From the NCBI GenBank assembly GCA_026936335.1, contig JAPMXV010000069.1, forward strand, positions 186,001-250,000: a DNA stretch of 64,000 bases. The letters are read 5' to 3'. A program made the position numbers and the translations under genes. The stretch's first letter is position 1; each line of letters starts with the position of its first letter. This stretch comes from Mantamonas sphyraenae STR306. Lineage: Eukaryota > Protista > CRuMs. The notes under the pieces are model-generated. The model was not told where the DNA came from. It searched no databases and was given only the letters and a program-made list of their open reading frames with translations. Below are positions 19,052 to 30,917 of the stretch, one piece after another.

Positions 19052-20782
19052 TCATCGGAGGATGTCGTCTCGGTTTACGAAAAGCCAGTCGTTGTTGGGA
19101 GGGAAACTGGGGGTGTTGGCGGAGGAGGAGGAGGAGGAGGAGGATGACGACGATGACGACGATGACGAGGAGGTGGTGGTGGGGTGAGCGGTGCGCTTGC
19201 GTCGCTTGGGTTTGCGGTGGGAGGTGGTGGAGGAGGGTCTGTGCAGGACGGCTTCGGCCTCGATGACGTGCATGGCAAGCATCTGTGTTTGGCGCTTGAG
19301 TTGTTTGTAGTCGGGTGTGCGGCGGATGGAGGTGCGGTAGACAGAACGGGCCTTGGGGTAGTATCGGGTGGGGACGGCGTGGGCAAAGACGGCCAGCATG
19401 GAGTGTTCGGAGGAACCGAGGAGGGCAGTGCCTGCAAGGATGCGCTTGAGCTCGAGGGTGGTCATTGGGGAGCGGAAAAACGCGTGGAGTTCGGCGATGC
19501 GTTCGCGGATGGGGGAGCGACGGACCTCAAAGGTGGAACGTTTGGTGGAGTTGCGTAGGCGCTGCTGCACCTGGGCCGGGGTGGCGTGTGCAAAGTAGTC
19601 GCGTGTGACAAGGAACCAGTCTGCGCCGTATGCATACATGGCCTGGAGGAGGAGGTCGTCGTGGACAAAGGTCATGTGGAGATCGGCCGGGCCGGTGCCG
19701 AGGCGGACACGAAAGGCAGGCGGGAGATGGTCACGGAGGGCATGGATGCTTGTGTCGAGGTACTGTGGCGCAGGGTCGCCAGAGGCCCGGACGCGTGCAC
19801 AGACGTGGTCGTTGGAGGCGTAGAGGGGCGGCATGAGGGGGAGGAGCGGGATGTCAAAGACGGAGCGGGGCGCAAAGGGCCGCGGGAGGAGCTCGTTGTA
19901 TGTAAAGGCACCCAGGTCGAGGCCAGCGAGATAGGGCATGGCGGAAAGGTTGCGGAGGAGCTGCTGGAGGAGAGCGAGATGGTGGGGACGAGCATAGGCG
20001 GCGGCCATGAGGGAGGCCTGGACAAGGAGGGCAGCATAGGCTTTGATCTGGCGACGGACGAGGGCGTACTGAGTGGGAGACATGGAGACGTAGGGCATGA
20101 CGCCACGGAGTTCTGTGGGCTGTGGAAGCTGGCCGAGGGCGTCGTGTTCGGCTTGATCAAGGCGAGTGCGACCGGGTGCGTCGCGGCGGGCGTCCTCCTT
20201 GTCATAGTCTGCCAGGAAGTTGTAGTCTGTGTCTGCGTCAAGGTCCTGGAGCCAGTCGTCGACGTTGGGGGAGGGCTGGTGGAGGGTGCGTCGGAAGAGA
20301 GAGTAGTCGTCGGTGGTGGGGTTGACGTCTGGGTGCGACGGGTGCGACGGGTGCGACAAATGGGATAGCCTCTCGTCGTCAAAGGGGATGAGATGGGCAG
20401 CGAGGTCGTCGACGTCGTCGAGGAGCGGGTGTTGGGAGCGCGTGCGTCGGGCAATGTCGGCAACGGCGGCGGCGGCGGCGGAGGAGGAAGCCCTGGAGGC
20501 AGGGGTGTGGGTGAGGCGGTAGGAGGAGGCAGAGGAGGCGGAGGAAGCGGCGGAGTCGGAGTCGGAGTCGGAGTCGGATCGAGGCGAGAGCTGGACTTGT
20601 TCGGCGGTGGGGATGGATGGGGCAGGGGCAGCAGGAGTGGCCAGGGCGTTGACGAGCGTGAGGTGGAGGGACGGGGACGGGCTGCGGGAGCGAGAGGGAG
20701 AAGGAGGGGGGGATGTGGACAGGAGGTATCTGGAGAGGGTGGAGAGGAGGGTGGAGGGAGGCGGTGGCGGTGAGGAGGACAT
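19052..20782 (-). CDS. GON4L/DUO3-like transcriptional regulator (Myb/SANT-like)
   Basis: IARRTRSQHPL motif, plus DDLLLQAMYAYGADW...QVQQRLRN...SPIR resembling the GON4L/DUO3 conserved blocks. Start at MSSSPPPP; the upstream part of the ORF is the antisense shadow of IWR1. Confidence 0.65.
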   Translation of the reverse strand: MSSSPPPPPSTLLSTLSRYLLSTSPPPSPSRSRSPSPSLHLTLVNALATPAAPAPSIPTAEQVQLSPRSDSDSDSDSAASSASSASSYRLTHTPASRASSSAAAAAVADIARRTRSQHPLLDDVDDLAAHLIPFDDERLSHLSHPSHPSHPDVNPTTDDYSLFRRTLHQPSPNVDDWLQDLDADTDYNFLADYDKEDARRDAPGRTRLDQAEHDALGQLPQPTELRGVMPYVSMSPTQYALVRRQIKAYAALLVQASLMAAAYARPHHLALLQQLLRNLSAMPYLAGLDLGAFTYNELLPRPFAPRSVFDIPLLPLMPPLYASNDHVCARVRASGDPAPQYLDTSIHALRDHLPPAFRVRLGTGPADLHMTFVHDDLLLQAMYAYGADWFLVTRDYFAHATPAQVQQRLRNSTKRSTFEVRRSPIRERIAELHAFFRSPMTTLELKRILAGTALLGSSEHSMLAVFAHAVPTRYYPKARSVYRTSIRRTPDYKQLKRQTQMLAMHVIEAEAVLHRPSSTTSHRKPKRRKRTAHPTTTSSSSSSSSSSSSSSSSSANTPSFPPNNDWLFVNRDDILR

Positions 20783-20822
20783 GGTGGTGGGGGGGGTTTG
20801 GTGACGCTTGCGGGGCCAAGCC

Positions 20823-22076
20823 ATGTCGTCGTCGTCGTCGGAGTATGCACGCAGGATAGCGGCATTGAGCGCAGAGCTGGCAGAAGCAGGGGCGTCGGGG
20901 TCGTTTGTGGTGCGTGAGGAGGAGGAGACGGGAGAGTACGGGGCTCGGGCGGCGCGATGGTCGGCGGACGAGAGGCGGAGAGTGATCCATGTGAAGCGAA
21001 AGAGGGGTGAGGAGGCGGCAGAGGTGCTTGTGGTGGAAGAGGAGGAGGAGGAGGACGGGGCAGCGACAGGATGGGTGGAAGGGGTGGAGGAAGCACGGAA
21101 AAAGGCGCGGACGGAAGAGGCGGGGGCGTCGGGGGAAGGAAGAGGAGTGGGCGGTATGCGGCGTGTGCGGCGTGCAGTGTACAGGCGGGTGCGTGTGCAC
21201 GGGGCAGAGCGAAGGAGGAAGCGGGTGGAGAGGGATCGGGCGGAGGAAAGCAGCTCGCGAGCGCGTGCCGAGCGGCGGGAACGAATCGAGGCTGCGCGAA
21301 AGGCTCGGGAGGAGAAGGAGGTGAAGGAGATGTCGGCAAAGATGCAAGAGCTGGACTTGATGCGAGAGCACATGCAGATGGTAAAGGCGTACATCGTGGA
21401 GCGTGGGGAGGGCGGGGTGTTGAGCAAGGAGGAGGAGGAGTTGGCGCGAGTGCAGGACGCAGAGGAGGTGATGGCGTATGCACACGGGTTGACGGACGAG
21501 CAGGGGAGTGGCGGGTGGGTGGTGGATGTGTACGAGCTGGATGAAGAGGAGGACGGGGCTGGGATGTACGAGGGGGCCAAGTATGTGCGGATGGAAGAGA
21601 TGATGGGCATGCTGGTGCAGGGAGAGTACGATTGGGACGAGGAGGATCCGTATCTGAAGGAGGAGGGATTTGGCGAGGACGACGAGGGACACGTGGGCAA
21701 TGAGTATCCAGACGCAGACGAGCTGGGGTATGCGGAAGAGGTTGCGGAGCGGCGAGCGCTGCGGAGCCAGTTGAGAAGGATGCGATTGGAAAAGAGGAGG
21801 GAGGGGGGGATTTGGGGGGAGGAGGAGGAGGATGGAGAGGACGGGGAGGACGGGGAGGACGGGGATTGGGGAGGTGGAAACGCAGGGTGGCGGGATGGGG
21901 ATGACTATGGGCCGGAGGATGACGAGTTGGAGGATTTGGACGATGAAGAGGTGGGAGAGGTGGAAGAAGATGCATTGAGGGATGGGTGGGCGGCGTTGGA
22001 TGCGTTGGAGGTGGAGGAGGAGGAGGAGGGGGAGGGGACGGGGAGTGGTGAAGGGGGAAGGGAGCTTCAAGGCTGA
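20823..22076 (+). CDS. IWR1: Iwr1/SLC7A6OS/RDM4-like RNA polymerase II nuclear import factor
   Basis: IHVKRKRGEEAAEVLVVE, WVVDVY and NEYPD motifs with an acidic tail. Confidence 0.75.
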   Translation: MSSSSSEYARRIAALSAELAEAGASGSFVVREEEETGEYGARAARWSADERRRVIHVKRKRGEEAAEVLVVEEEEEEDGAATGWVEGVEEARKKARTEEAGASGEGRGVGGMRRVRRAVYRRVRVHGAERRRKRVERDRAEESSSRARAERRERIEAARKAREEKEVKEMSAKMQELDLMREHMQMVKAYIVERGEGGVLSKEEEELARVQDAEEVMAYAHGLTDEQGSGGWVVDVYELDEEEDGAGMYEGAKYVRMEEMMGMLVQGEYDWDEEDPYLKEEGFGEDDEGHVGNEYPDADELGYAEEVAERRALRSQLRRMRLEKRREGGIWGEEEEDGEDGEDGEDGDWGGGNAGWRDGDDYGPEDDELEDLDDEEVGEVEEDALRDGWAALDALEVEEEEEGEGTGSGEGGRELQG

Positions 22077-22983
22077 GATTGAACCTCCCACCATCGCACA
22101 CCGTCGTCACAGTCGAGAGGCAGGCCGTGTGTGCGTTCGGCCCAGTCTTGTAGGAGGCGGCAGCCGTGGGCGAGGGCGTCAGAGAGGAGGTCGCGGCCGG
22201 ACCAGTCGGGCGGGTAGCGAGGCATGAGATTGGGGTTGTGGTTCTTGACGGCAACGGTGTCACGGAGCCAGAAACGGTCGCGGCGCGGGTAGACATGGGT
22301 GAGGTAGTCGTCGGAGTACCAGTTCTTGAAGGCAGAAGGGAAAAGGTCGCCAAAGATGTCGATGTGGGTGCGGTGGACAAGGGTCTGGGTCATGGTGCGT
22401 CCGTTGACGTTGTCGCCCGGTGCAGCGATGCCAAAGTTGGGCAGGAACGGATTGGAGGCGAGGGCGTGGGTGAGGGCAGCTTCCCAGCCCGGGGTCAGGA
22501 GCTCGACGTCGTCGTTGAGCTGGTACAGGTAGTCGCAGGCGTCGTCGTAGGCCATGCGGGCGAGGCGAGACCACACACGTACCGGGTTGCCGCGGGTGTC
22601 GGACCAAGAAGCCCAGCGGAGAGCGGAGCCGGCTTGTGCAGCGGCGTGCTCGACGGCTGTGTGGGTTTCAGGGTTTTGGTACACGGCGTCGTCCGAGTCA
22701 AAGCCGATGTAGGTCGTGTAGGACCATGGGGATGGGGATGGTTGGGTGCGGTCACGTGTGCGGTTCAAGGAGGGGAGGAGGATGGTGGTGACGGGTTGTT
22801 CTGTGGGGCCGCTTGGGAGGCGATGGGAGGATCGGACTGGGACGAGTAGGCAGATGTGGGTAGGAGAGGGGGAGGGTTGGGAGGGGTGGGGGTGGGGGTG
22901 GGTTGGGGATAGGAGACGGGGCACAGGAGGAGGAGGAGGAGGAGGAGGAGGAGGTTGGGGAGTTGGGCGAGGCGGGGGTGCAT
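22067..22983 (-). CDS. Putative type II membrane GT-A fold glycosyltransferase; frame break near 22870-22920
   Basis: ICLLVP, YIGFDSDD, YLYQLNDD, VHRTHIDIFG and FKNWYSDD motifs. The poly-Leu anchor from ATG 22983 is in a different frame from the catalytic part. Confidence 0.7.
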
Positions 22984-23138
22984 TTGGTTGGGGGGATGGG
23001 GGGGTTGGGGGGATGGGGGGTTTGGGGGGGCTAAGGTGTTTGAATGTAAAGGGGTGCAGAGTAGATTAGATTACATTGAAAAGGTTGTTGGCATGTCTGG
23101 AAATCTCCGAACGGATCCACGGGCTGGTCAGTCCAGTG

Positions 23139-24845
23139 TCACACCACGGAGAGGCCGGGGCTGACAGCAAGAGCGAGGAAGCAGGCGTTGCAGCAGGCGA
23201 TGAGAAAGAGGAGGTAGTGGCGTTGAAAGTGACGCTTGGAGACGAGATCGCACTGGTCGCGGAGGGAGAGGGTGTCCTGCTCGCTGTGCTCCAGGTATTC
23301 ACTCCACATGCGCAAGGGAGAGTCGAGAGGCAGCTTGCCCCAACGCTGGGTATAGGCGTTGACGAGTCGCTCGACGTGGTCGACGTTGCGTCGAGAGAGG
23401 ACGAGGACAAGCTGATTGGCAGCCAGTTTGAAGATGAGGAGCACGCCAAAAAGGGAGACGGCAGACCAAAGGGCGTTGGGGTCGCCAAAGAACTGGCAGG
23501 CAATGATGCAGGGATCTCCCAGGGCAAAGTCGAGGAGGAGAAACAAGGGGATGGCGAGGGCGCTGAGGTGTTCGCTGAGCATGTCCTGAGAAGCAAAAAG
23601 CCAATACTTGCGCACACGTAGGACACGGCGGTAGACACGATACTCCTCTTGCTGCTGCTCAGTGGGTAGCTGGGCGGCAATGCGAGCGTGCTCGTCGCCG
23701 ACGATGGCAAACTTGACGCGGTCGTAGATGGCTTCGAGGATGCCGACGTCGCGCAGGACGAGACGTGCGAGCAGAAGGATGGCCATGAGGGCGGTGAAGA
23801 CGGAATAGCCGTCCGAGTTGAGAAAGAGGGCGTCGGCGACGAGATCGTCGGCGGCAGAAAAGACAACGAGAAAGGTGATGCCGCGCCACGTGTCGGCGGC
23901 AAAGTTGAGAAACTTGAAGATGAGGACGGTGAGGACGGTCATGATGACGAGGTAGGCGGCAAAGATGCCGACGTTGGCCATGCCTGCGGGCAAGGAACGC
24001 TGGACAAAGGTGACCACACGGACGACGATTTGGACGCCCATGAGGAGGTGGATGAAAAAATTAAAGTATCCACGGGAGTTGCGGGGCAGGGGCCGACGGG
24101 CACTCTGCTCGTAGACGACAACGAGACAGGCGAGGACGGTGACGACCACGGAAAGGACGGCCGCCACTTGGCTGGAGACGATTTGCAGGCCGTTGCCGAC
24201 GCCCTGGATGAGAAAGTTGATGGTGGTGGTGATTATGGTCACGGGCGCAGAGATGCTGTTTGCAGGAATGGCGAGGTTGGGCGGACGGGGAGGAAAGAGC
24301 TCGGAACGAGCGGCAGCATCTGGGTTCGCAGGGTGCACCTCGACGCGCGCAAACTTTTGGTCGGTCGTGACGGTCTGGGGCGGCGTGGCGACGGCGTAGC
24401 GTGGTGCAGAGCGCCAGCGCAGAGGGATGTTTGCGCGGAGGCGATAGACGAGCTCGTAGAGAGCCGGGCCGACGAGCTGAAGGCTGAGCATTCGCGACGG
24501 CACTGCGCCAACAAGGACCGGGCCCACCGGCTCGAATGTTTGTCGTCCACTGGCGCTAGTGACTGTGGGCATGATGCCAAGAGCGATGGTGGACATGGCG
24601 TAGGCCATGTTGGCGACCTGGGTGGCGAGGTAGATGAGCGCGGTGTCGCGGAGCGTGAACAGCCCTGTGGGCGCGTAGTAGGTGTGGCACAGGGCAATGA
24701 CAAAGACCACCTCTCCGATGTGCATGCCCATGCGGTCGGTGAATGTGACAAACTTGAAGTAGAGAATAATGAGGGTGCAAAAGGCGAGGACGAGTGCAAA
24801 GAAGGCCGCGTGGCGCTTCCGGTGTGGAGTCCAGTCTGGGGACAT
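23139..24845 (-). CDS. Multi-pass membrane protein, unknown family
   Basis: ~570-aa ORF from MSPDWTPH with roughly 10 or more hydrophobic segments and minus-strand codon bias. No motif recognised. Confidence 0.7.
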   Translation of the reverse strand: MSPDWTPHRKRHAAFFALVLAFCTLIILYFKFVTFTDRMGMHIGEVVFVIALCHTYYAPTGLFTLRDTALIYLATQVANMAYAMSTIALGIMPTVTSASGRQTFEPVGPVLVGAVPSRMLSLQLVGPALYELVYRLRANIPLRWRSAPRYAVATPPQTVTTDQKFARVEVHPANPDAAARSELFPPRPPNLAIPANSISAPVTIITTTINFLIQGVGNGLQIVSSQVAAVLSVVVTVLACLVVVYEQSARRPLPRNSRGYFNFFIHLLMGVQIVVRVVTFVQRSLPAGMANVGIFAAYLVIMTVLTVLIFKFLNFAADTWRGITFLVVFSAADDLVADALFLNSDGYSVFTALMAILLLARLVLRDVGILEAIYDRVKFAIVGDEHARIAAQLPTEQQQEEYRVYRRVLRVRKYWLFASQDMLSEHLSALAIPLFLLLDFALGDPCIIACQFFGDPNALWSAVSLFGVLLIFKLAANQLVLVLSRRNVDHVERLVNAYTQRWGKLPLDSPLRMWSEYLEHSEQDTLSLRDQCDLVSKRHFQRHYLLFLIACCNACFLALAVSPGLSVV

Positions 24846-24971
24846 GTTGGTGCTGGACCAACGGGTGTGGTGGGAGGTTGGTTGGGTTGGGATGGGGAGG
24901 GAGGGCGAGGGGAACGGAGGAACAGGGGGAAGCGCTGGCGGGGCCATTTCTTTCCTCATTTTTGGGCATCC

Positions 24972-27852
24972 ATGCGTCCTCGCCCATCCGTGACAATGTT
25001 GTCTCGGCAGACAACAGCTGCTATCCACCGCAAGGCACCCTCGTATATGCGGGCAGGCCTGACGGCAGACCTGATGCTGCATCAGTACTTTTACGGCGTG
25101 GGACTTTCCATCCACAGGCACCGTTGCGCATGGCTGGCTCTGCCGTTCATTGTAGCGATGTTTTTCTCGATTTTTCCCGGTACGTGGCGTGTGTCCATCA
25201 CGCTGACGTCTCTGTCTCCGGACCAGCAAAGCCCGTCGGTGGTTCTGGGCACGCGGTTTGGATACGAAAACTTTCTTTCTGCGTTGATTGTTGCCGACAC
25301 TCCCCAGGCGTCGGTTGATGCATTTGCACCGGCCCTCGCGGTCGTCAACACAACCATGTACAAAACGACGGGTTTGGACGTGAGGGGAGCGATGACCACG
25401 TATGCACGGGAGTGCACACCTGCGGTGCCGTCGGCCGATCGCGTGGTCTCGACGCACACCGCTGGAAACGGCCCGTGCCTGGTTGTCTCGCCGGTGGAAA
25501 GCGTGTCCACGGCGCTCCCGCAGCCTGGTCCAGAGGCGTTTGTGCAGTCGACATCCGCTGGAATCCGATCTGTGCGTGGCTTTTGGTATCTGGGCACTGT
25601 AAGGGCTATTTTTTGGGCAAGGTTCCGCTGGGAGTGTTGGAGAGTTGCTCGCGAGAGTTGCTCACACAGGCACCCTCACCACGCAGAGTATCGGTGCCGG
25701 GCCGGAACAGTACGACATTAGCAAGTTCTACTTGTTGATGCAGTCGTCCAACGAGCTGCTGGCGTCAGCGGCTCTGCCGAGTGGCATGCGCGTTTTCTCC
25801 CTTGCTTCACACGTGACCACCCCCGGCGTGGACCTGTCGAGTCTGTGGCTGTTGACTACGCTTCTGGTGGTATTGGTGATTGGGACGTCGTGCTCGGTGC
25901 ACAGCAAGGCAGTGGTGGGCGTGGTGGCGGTGATCAACGTGTGGCTGAGTGTGTACATGTGTATGGGCATTGCCACACTGCTTGGACTGGACCTGGACCT
26001 GATGGGCCTGATTGCCATCCTATACGTGGTGAGCATTGGGTTGGACGACTGCGTGCTGATCATGACGGCGGCACGGAGGACGGATCCGACGCACTCGCCG
26101 TCGCGGCGGCTTGCCACGGCGCTGGGAGAGTCGGCCACGTCGATTTTCATGACGACACTCACCGACGTGGCTGTGTTTACGCCGGGCATGTTTAGCACGT
26201 CGCCGACGCTGTCGCAATTCTGTGCGTTCATCTCGTGCATTCTGATTGTGGACTTTTTGCTGCAGATGACCTTTTTCGTGGCGGCGCTGGCCATCGATCT
26301 GGAGAGGGAGAAAGCACGGAGGCCAGAGTGTCTGGTGTGCATCAAGCTGCCGGCCAAAGAGAAAGAGGCGAGCCCGGTGTCGCAGCGGGGTGCGTCGACT
26401 GCAGGATTGGTGGAGGTCGAGTCGACGGCGATGGACACGAGCGCCACGGACGAGGCAGCAAACACGACACGATCTGCACACACTGAAGAGAAGGAGAAGC
26501 AAAAGATGATGTCTGTGGCGGGGCATTCGCTGCGGCAGGTGGCGTTGCCTGCAGACGAGTACGACTCGACGGTGCTGTCGATGTCGGATCGGCTGAGCAT
26601 CGCGTGGGGCCGCTTTGTGGTGACACGCGCAGGCCAAGTGGTGTGTTTGGTGGTGATGTTGGGACTGTTGGGGACGTCTGTGTACGGTGCGATGCTGGAT
26701 CTGGATGCGACGGGTCGGTTCGGCGCGAGCGTGCCGGGACGGGACGCGCACCGAGCCATCCAAACGTCGTACCAGCACTTTCCCAAGGGCCAGCCACAGG
26801 AGGTGTCGTTTCTGATTGACGGAGCCAAGGTGCGGGTGTGGGAGGCAGGGGCGCAGGCGCGCATTTTGGAGGCGTGTGCGCTGATGGAGACGTTGCCGAC
26901 GAGCGTGCGTGTGCCACAGGTGCCCGTACGCTGCTGGATGCGAGACATGCTGGTTTGGCACGCGGTGAACGGATCCAACATGTCGCTGGCCGGAGAGAAG
27001 GAGTTTGCGTTGGCGGCGCGTGCGTTTATGGCCTCGTCGCCGTTGGCGGCTCAGGCACGGCGAGACGTGTTGTTTTCGCCGGCTGGAGATCGCATTGACA
27101 CGTCGCGTCTGTGGATGCTGTACCAGTACACGCCAGATGTGGCGGTGGCCAAGCAGCAGCTGGCGACAGTGCAGAAGCACATGGCAAGTGTGCTGGATGC
27201 TGTGGTGGAGGGCCCTGCGTGCTTGGGGCTGGGTGACGTCGTGATGGTGCCGCTGCTGGTGGAGCAGATGTTTGTGCAGGTGTTGATCTCGGTGACGCTG
27301 GTGGGAGCGATCTGCGCCGTGCTTCTGATCAACCCGCTGACGTCTGTGATTGTGCTTGTGTCGATGTTTGTGAGCTGCACGGCGTCGGTGGCGTTGATCA
27401 AGTTTGCAGGCCTGGGGGTGACGTACTTTGTGTTTTTGATGACGTTTGTGACGCTGTCGTCGGGCGTGGATTTCGCGGCGCACATGGTGCTGCACTTTAA
27501 CACGGCGCGCGGATCGATCGACAGGCGCATCCAGCGCATGTTTGCGTCGATGGGCAGCAGTGTGATTGGCGGATACTTGACGTCGTCGTCGGCGGCGACG
27601 GCGTTGCTGTTTACAGACGGCGGCAGCTTTACGTTTTACTTTTCGTTTCAGGCGTGTATGATGATCTCGCTGATGTTTTCCTGGTTTGCGGTGCCGTTGA
27701 TGCTGCAGTGGTTCAAGCCGCCCGTGGCGTTGCGGTCGTACGAACAAGAGCAGCGGTTGAACGCGAGGATTGCCGAGTTGGACCAGCTGGAGGCGAGGTG
27801 GAGGTATCGGAAGAGCATGAAAAAGAGTGGGTCTGAGGTTGTGGAGGCGTAG
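24972..27852 (+). CDS. Patched/NPC1-like sterol-sensing-domain (RND) membrane protein, copy 1; intron 25599-25686
   Basis: SSD motifs SIGLDD, LGESATSIFMTTLTD, QFCAF and LQMTFF; second half GVDFAAH. A phase-0 GTAAG...CAG intron joins YLGT to SIGAG. Confidence 0.88.
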
Positions 27853-27944
27853 AGGGAGAGTAAGAGGAATGTAGGTGAGCATTGTGTGCCTCACTCACTG
27901 ACTTTCGCTAGCGGGGCCATATCTTTTCTCATTTTTGGGCATCC

Positions 27945-30825
27945 ATGCGCCCTCGCCCATCCGTGACAATGTTGTCTCGGCAGACAACAGCTGCTATCCA
28001 CCGCAAGGCACCCTCGTATATGCGGGCAGGCCTGACGGCAGACCTGATGCTGCATCAGTACTTTTACGGTGTTGGACTTTCCATCCACAGGCACCGTTGC
28101 GCGTGGCTAGCTCTGCCGTTCATTGTGGCGATGTTTTTCTCGGTTTTCCCTGGTACGTGGCGTGTGTCCATCGCGCTGACGTCTCTGTCTCCGAACCAGC
28201 AGAGCCCGTACGTGGTTCTGGGCACGCGGTTTGGATACGAAAACTTTCTTTCTGCGTTGATTGTTGCCGACACTCCCCAGGCGTCGGTTGATGCATTTGC
28301 ACCGGCCCTCGCGGTCGTCAACACAACCATGTACAAAACGACGGGTTTGGACGTGAGGGGAGCGATGACCACGTATGCACGGGAGTGCACACCTGCGGTG
28401 CCGTCGGCCGATCGCGTGGTCTCGACGCACACCGCTGGAAACGGCCCGTGCCTGGTTGTCTCGCCGGTGGAAAGCGTGTCCACGGCGCTCCCGCAGCCTG
28501 GTCCAGAGGCGTTTGTGCAGTCGACATCCGCTGGAATCCGATCTGTGCGTGGCTTTTGGTATCTGGGCACTGTAAGGGCTATTTTTTGGGCAAGGTTCCG
28601 CTGGGAGTGTTGGAGAGTTGCTCGCGAGAGTTGCTCACACAGGCACCCTCACCACGCAGAGTATCGGTGCCGGGCCGGAAAAGTACAACATCAACAAGTT
28701 CTACTTGTTGATGCAGTCGTCCAACGAGCTGCTGGCGTCAGCGGCTCTGCCGAGTGGCATGCGCGTTTTCTCCCTTCCTTCACACGTGACCACACCCAGC
28801 GTGGACTTGGTTCCTCTGTGGCTGTTGACTACGCTTCTGGTGGTATTGGTGATTGGGACGTCGTGCTCGGTGCACAGCAAGGCAGTGGTGGGCGTGGTGG
28901 CGGTGATCAACGTGTGGCTGAGTGTGTACATGTGTATGGGCATTGCCACACTGCTTGGACTGGACCTGGACCTGATGGGCCTGATTGCCATCCTATACGT
29001 GGTGAGCATTGGGTTGGACGACTGCGTGCTGATCATGACGGCGGCACGGAGGACGGATCCGTCGCACTCGCCGTCGCGGCGGCTTGCCACGGCGCTGGGA
29101 GAGTCGGCCACGTCGATTTTCATGACGACACTCACCGACGTGGCTGTGTTTACGCCGGGCATGTTTAGCACGTCGCCGACACTGTCGCAATTCTGTGCGT
29201 TCATCTCGTGCATTCTGATTGTGGACTTTTTGCTGCAGATGACCTTTTTCGTGGCGGCGCTGGCCATCGATCTGGAGAGGGAGAAAGCACGGAGGCCAGA
29301 GTGTCTGGTGTGCATCAAGCTGCCGGCCAAAGAGAAAGAGGCGAGCCCGGTGTCGCAGCGGGGTGCGTCGACTGCAGGATTGGTGGAGGTCGAGTCGACG
29401 GCGATGGACACGAGCGCCACGGACGAGGCAGCAAACACGACACGATCTGCACACACTGAAGAGAAGGAGAAGCAAAAGATGATGTCTGTGGCGGGGCATT
29501 CGCTGCGGCAGGTGGCGTTGCCTGCAGACGAGTACGACTCGACGGTGCTGTCGATGTCGGATCGGCTGAGCATCGCGTGGGGCCGCTTTGTGGTGACACG
29601 CGCAGGCCAAGTGGTGTGTTTGGTGGTGATGTTGGGACTGTTGGGGACGTCTGTGTACGGTGCGATGCTGGGTCTGGATGCGACGGGTCTGTACGGGGCG
29701 AGCGTACCGGGACGGGACGCGCACCGAGCCATCCAAACGTCGTACCAGCACTTTCCCAAGGGCCAGCCACAGGAAGTGTCGTTTTTGATTGACGGAGCCA
29801 AGGTGCGGGTGTGGGAGGCAGGGGCGCAGGCGCGCATTTTGGAGGCGTGTGCGCTGATGGAGACGTTGCCGACGAGCGTGCGTGTGCCACAGGTGCCCGT
29901 ACGCTGCTGGATGCGAGACATGCTGGCTTGGCACGCGGTGAACGGATCCAACATGTCGCTGGCCGGAGAGAAGGAGTTTGCGTTGGCGGCGCGTGCGTTT
30001 ATGGCCTCGTCGCCGTTGGCGGCTCAGGCACGGCGAGACGTGTTGTTTTCGCCGGCTGGAGATCGCATTGACACGTCGCGTCTGTGGATGCTGTACCAGT
30101 ACACGCCAGATGTGGCGGTGGCCAAGCAGCAGCTGGCGACAGTGCAGAAGCACATGGCAAGTGTGCTGGATGCTGTGGTGGAGGGCCCTGCGTGCTTGGG
30201 GCTGGGTGACGTCGTGATGGTGCCGCTGCTGGTGGAGCAGATGTTTGTGCAGGTGTTGATCTCGGTGACGCTGGTGGGAGCGATCTGCGCCGTGCTTCTG
30301 ATCAACCCGCTGACGTCTGTGATTGTGCTTGTGTCGATGTTTGTGAGCTGCACGGCGTCGGTGGCGTTGATCAAGTTTGCAGGCCTGGGGGTGACGTACT
30401 TTGTGTTTTTGATGACGTTTGTGACGCTGTCGTCGGGCGTGGATTTCGCGGCGCACATGGTGCTGCACTTTAACACGGCGCGCGGATCGATCGACAGGCG
30501 CATCCAGCGCATGTTTGCGTCGATGGGCAGCAGTGTGATTGGCGGATACTTGACGTCGTCGTCGGCGGCGACGGCGTTGCTGTTTACAGACGGCGGCAGC
30601 TTTACGTTTTACTTTTCGTTTCAGGCGTGTATGATGATCTCGCTGATGTTTTCCTGGTTTGCGGTGCCGTTGATGCTGCAGTGGTTCAAGCCGCCCGTGG
30701 CGTTGCGGTCGTACGAACAAGAGCAGCGGTTGAACGCGAGGATTGCCGAGTTGGACCAGCTGGAGGCGAGGTGGAGGTATCGGAAGAGCATGAAAAAGAG
30801 TGGGTCTGAGGTTGTGGAGGCGTAG
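27945..30825 (+). CDS. Patched/NPC1-like protein, copy 2; intron 28572-28659
   Basis: Same motifs and intron as copy 1. Confidence 0.88.
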
Positions 30826-30917
30826 AGGGAGAGTAAGAGGAATGTAGGTGAGCATTGTGTGCCTCACTCACTGACTTTCGCTAGCGGGGCCATATCTTTT
30901 CTCATTTTTGGGCATCC

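Noticed and set aside
25599-25686. Apparent shared frameshift in Patched-like copies 1 and 2 (programmed frameshift or pseudogenes)
   Set aside because: Explained by a phase-0 GTAAG...CAG intron. In copy 3 the same intron is 105 bp and therefore reads through.
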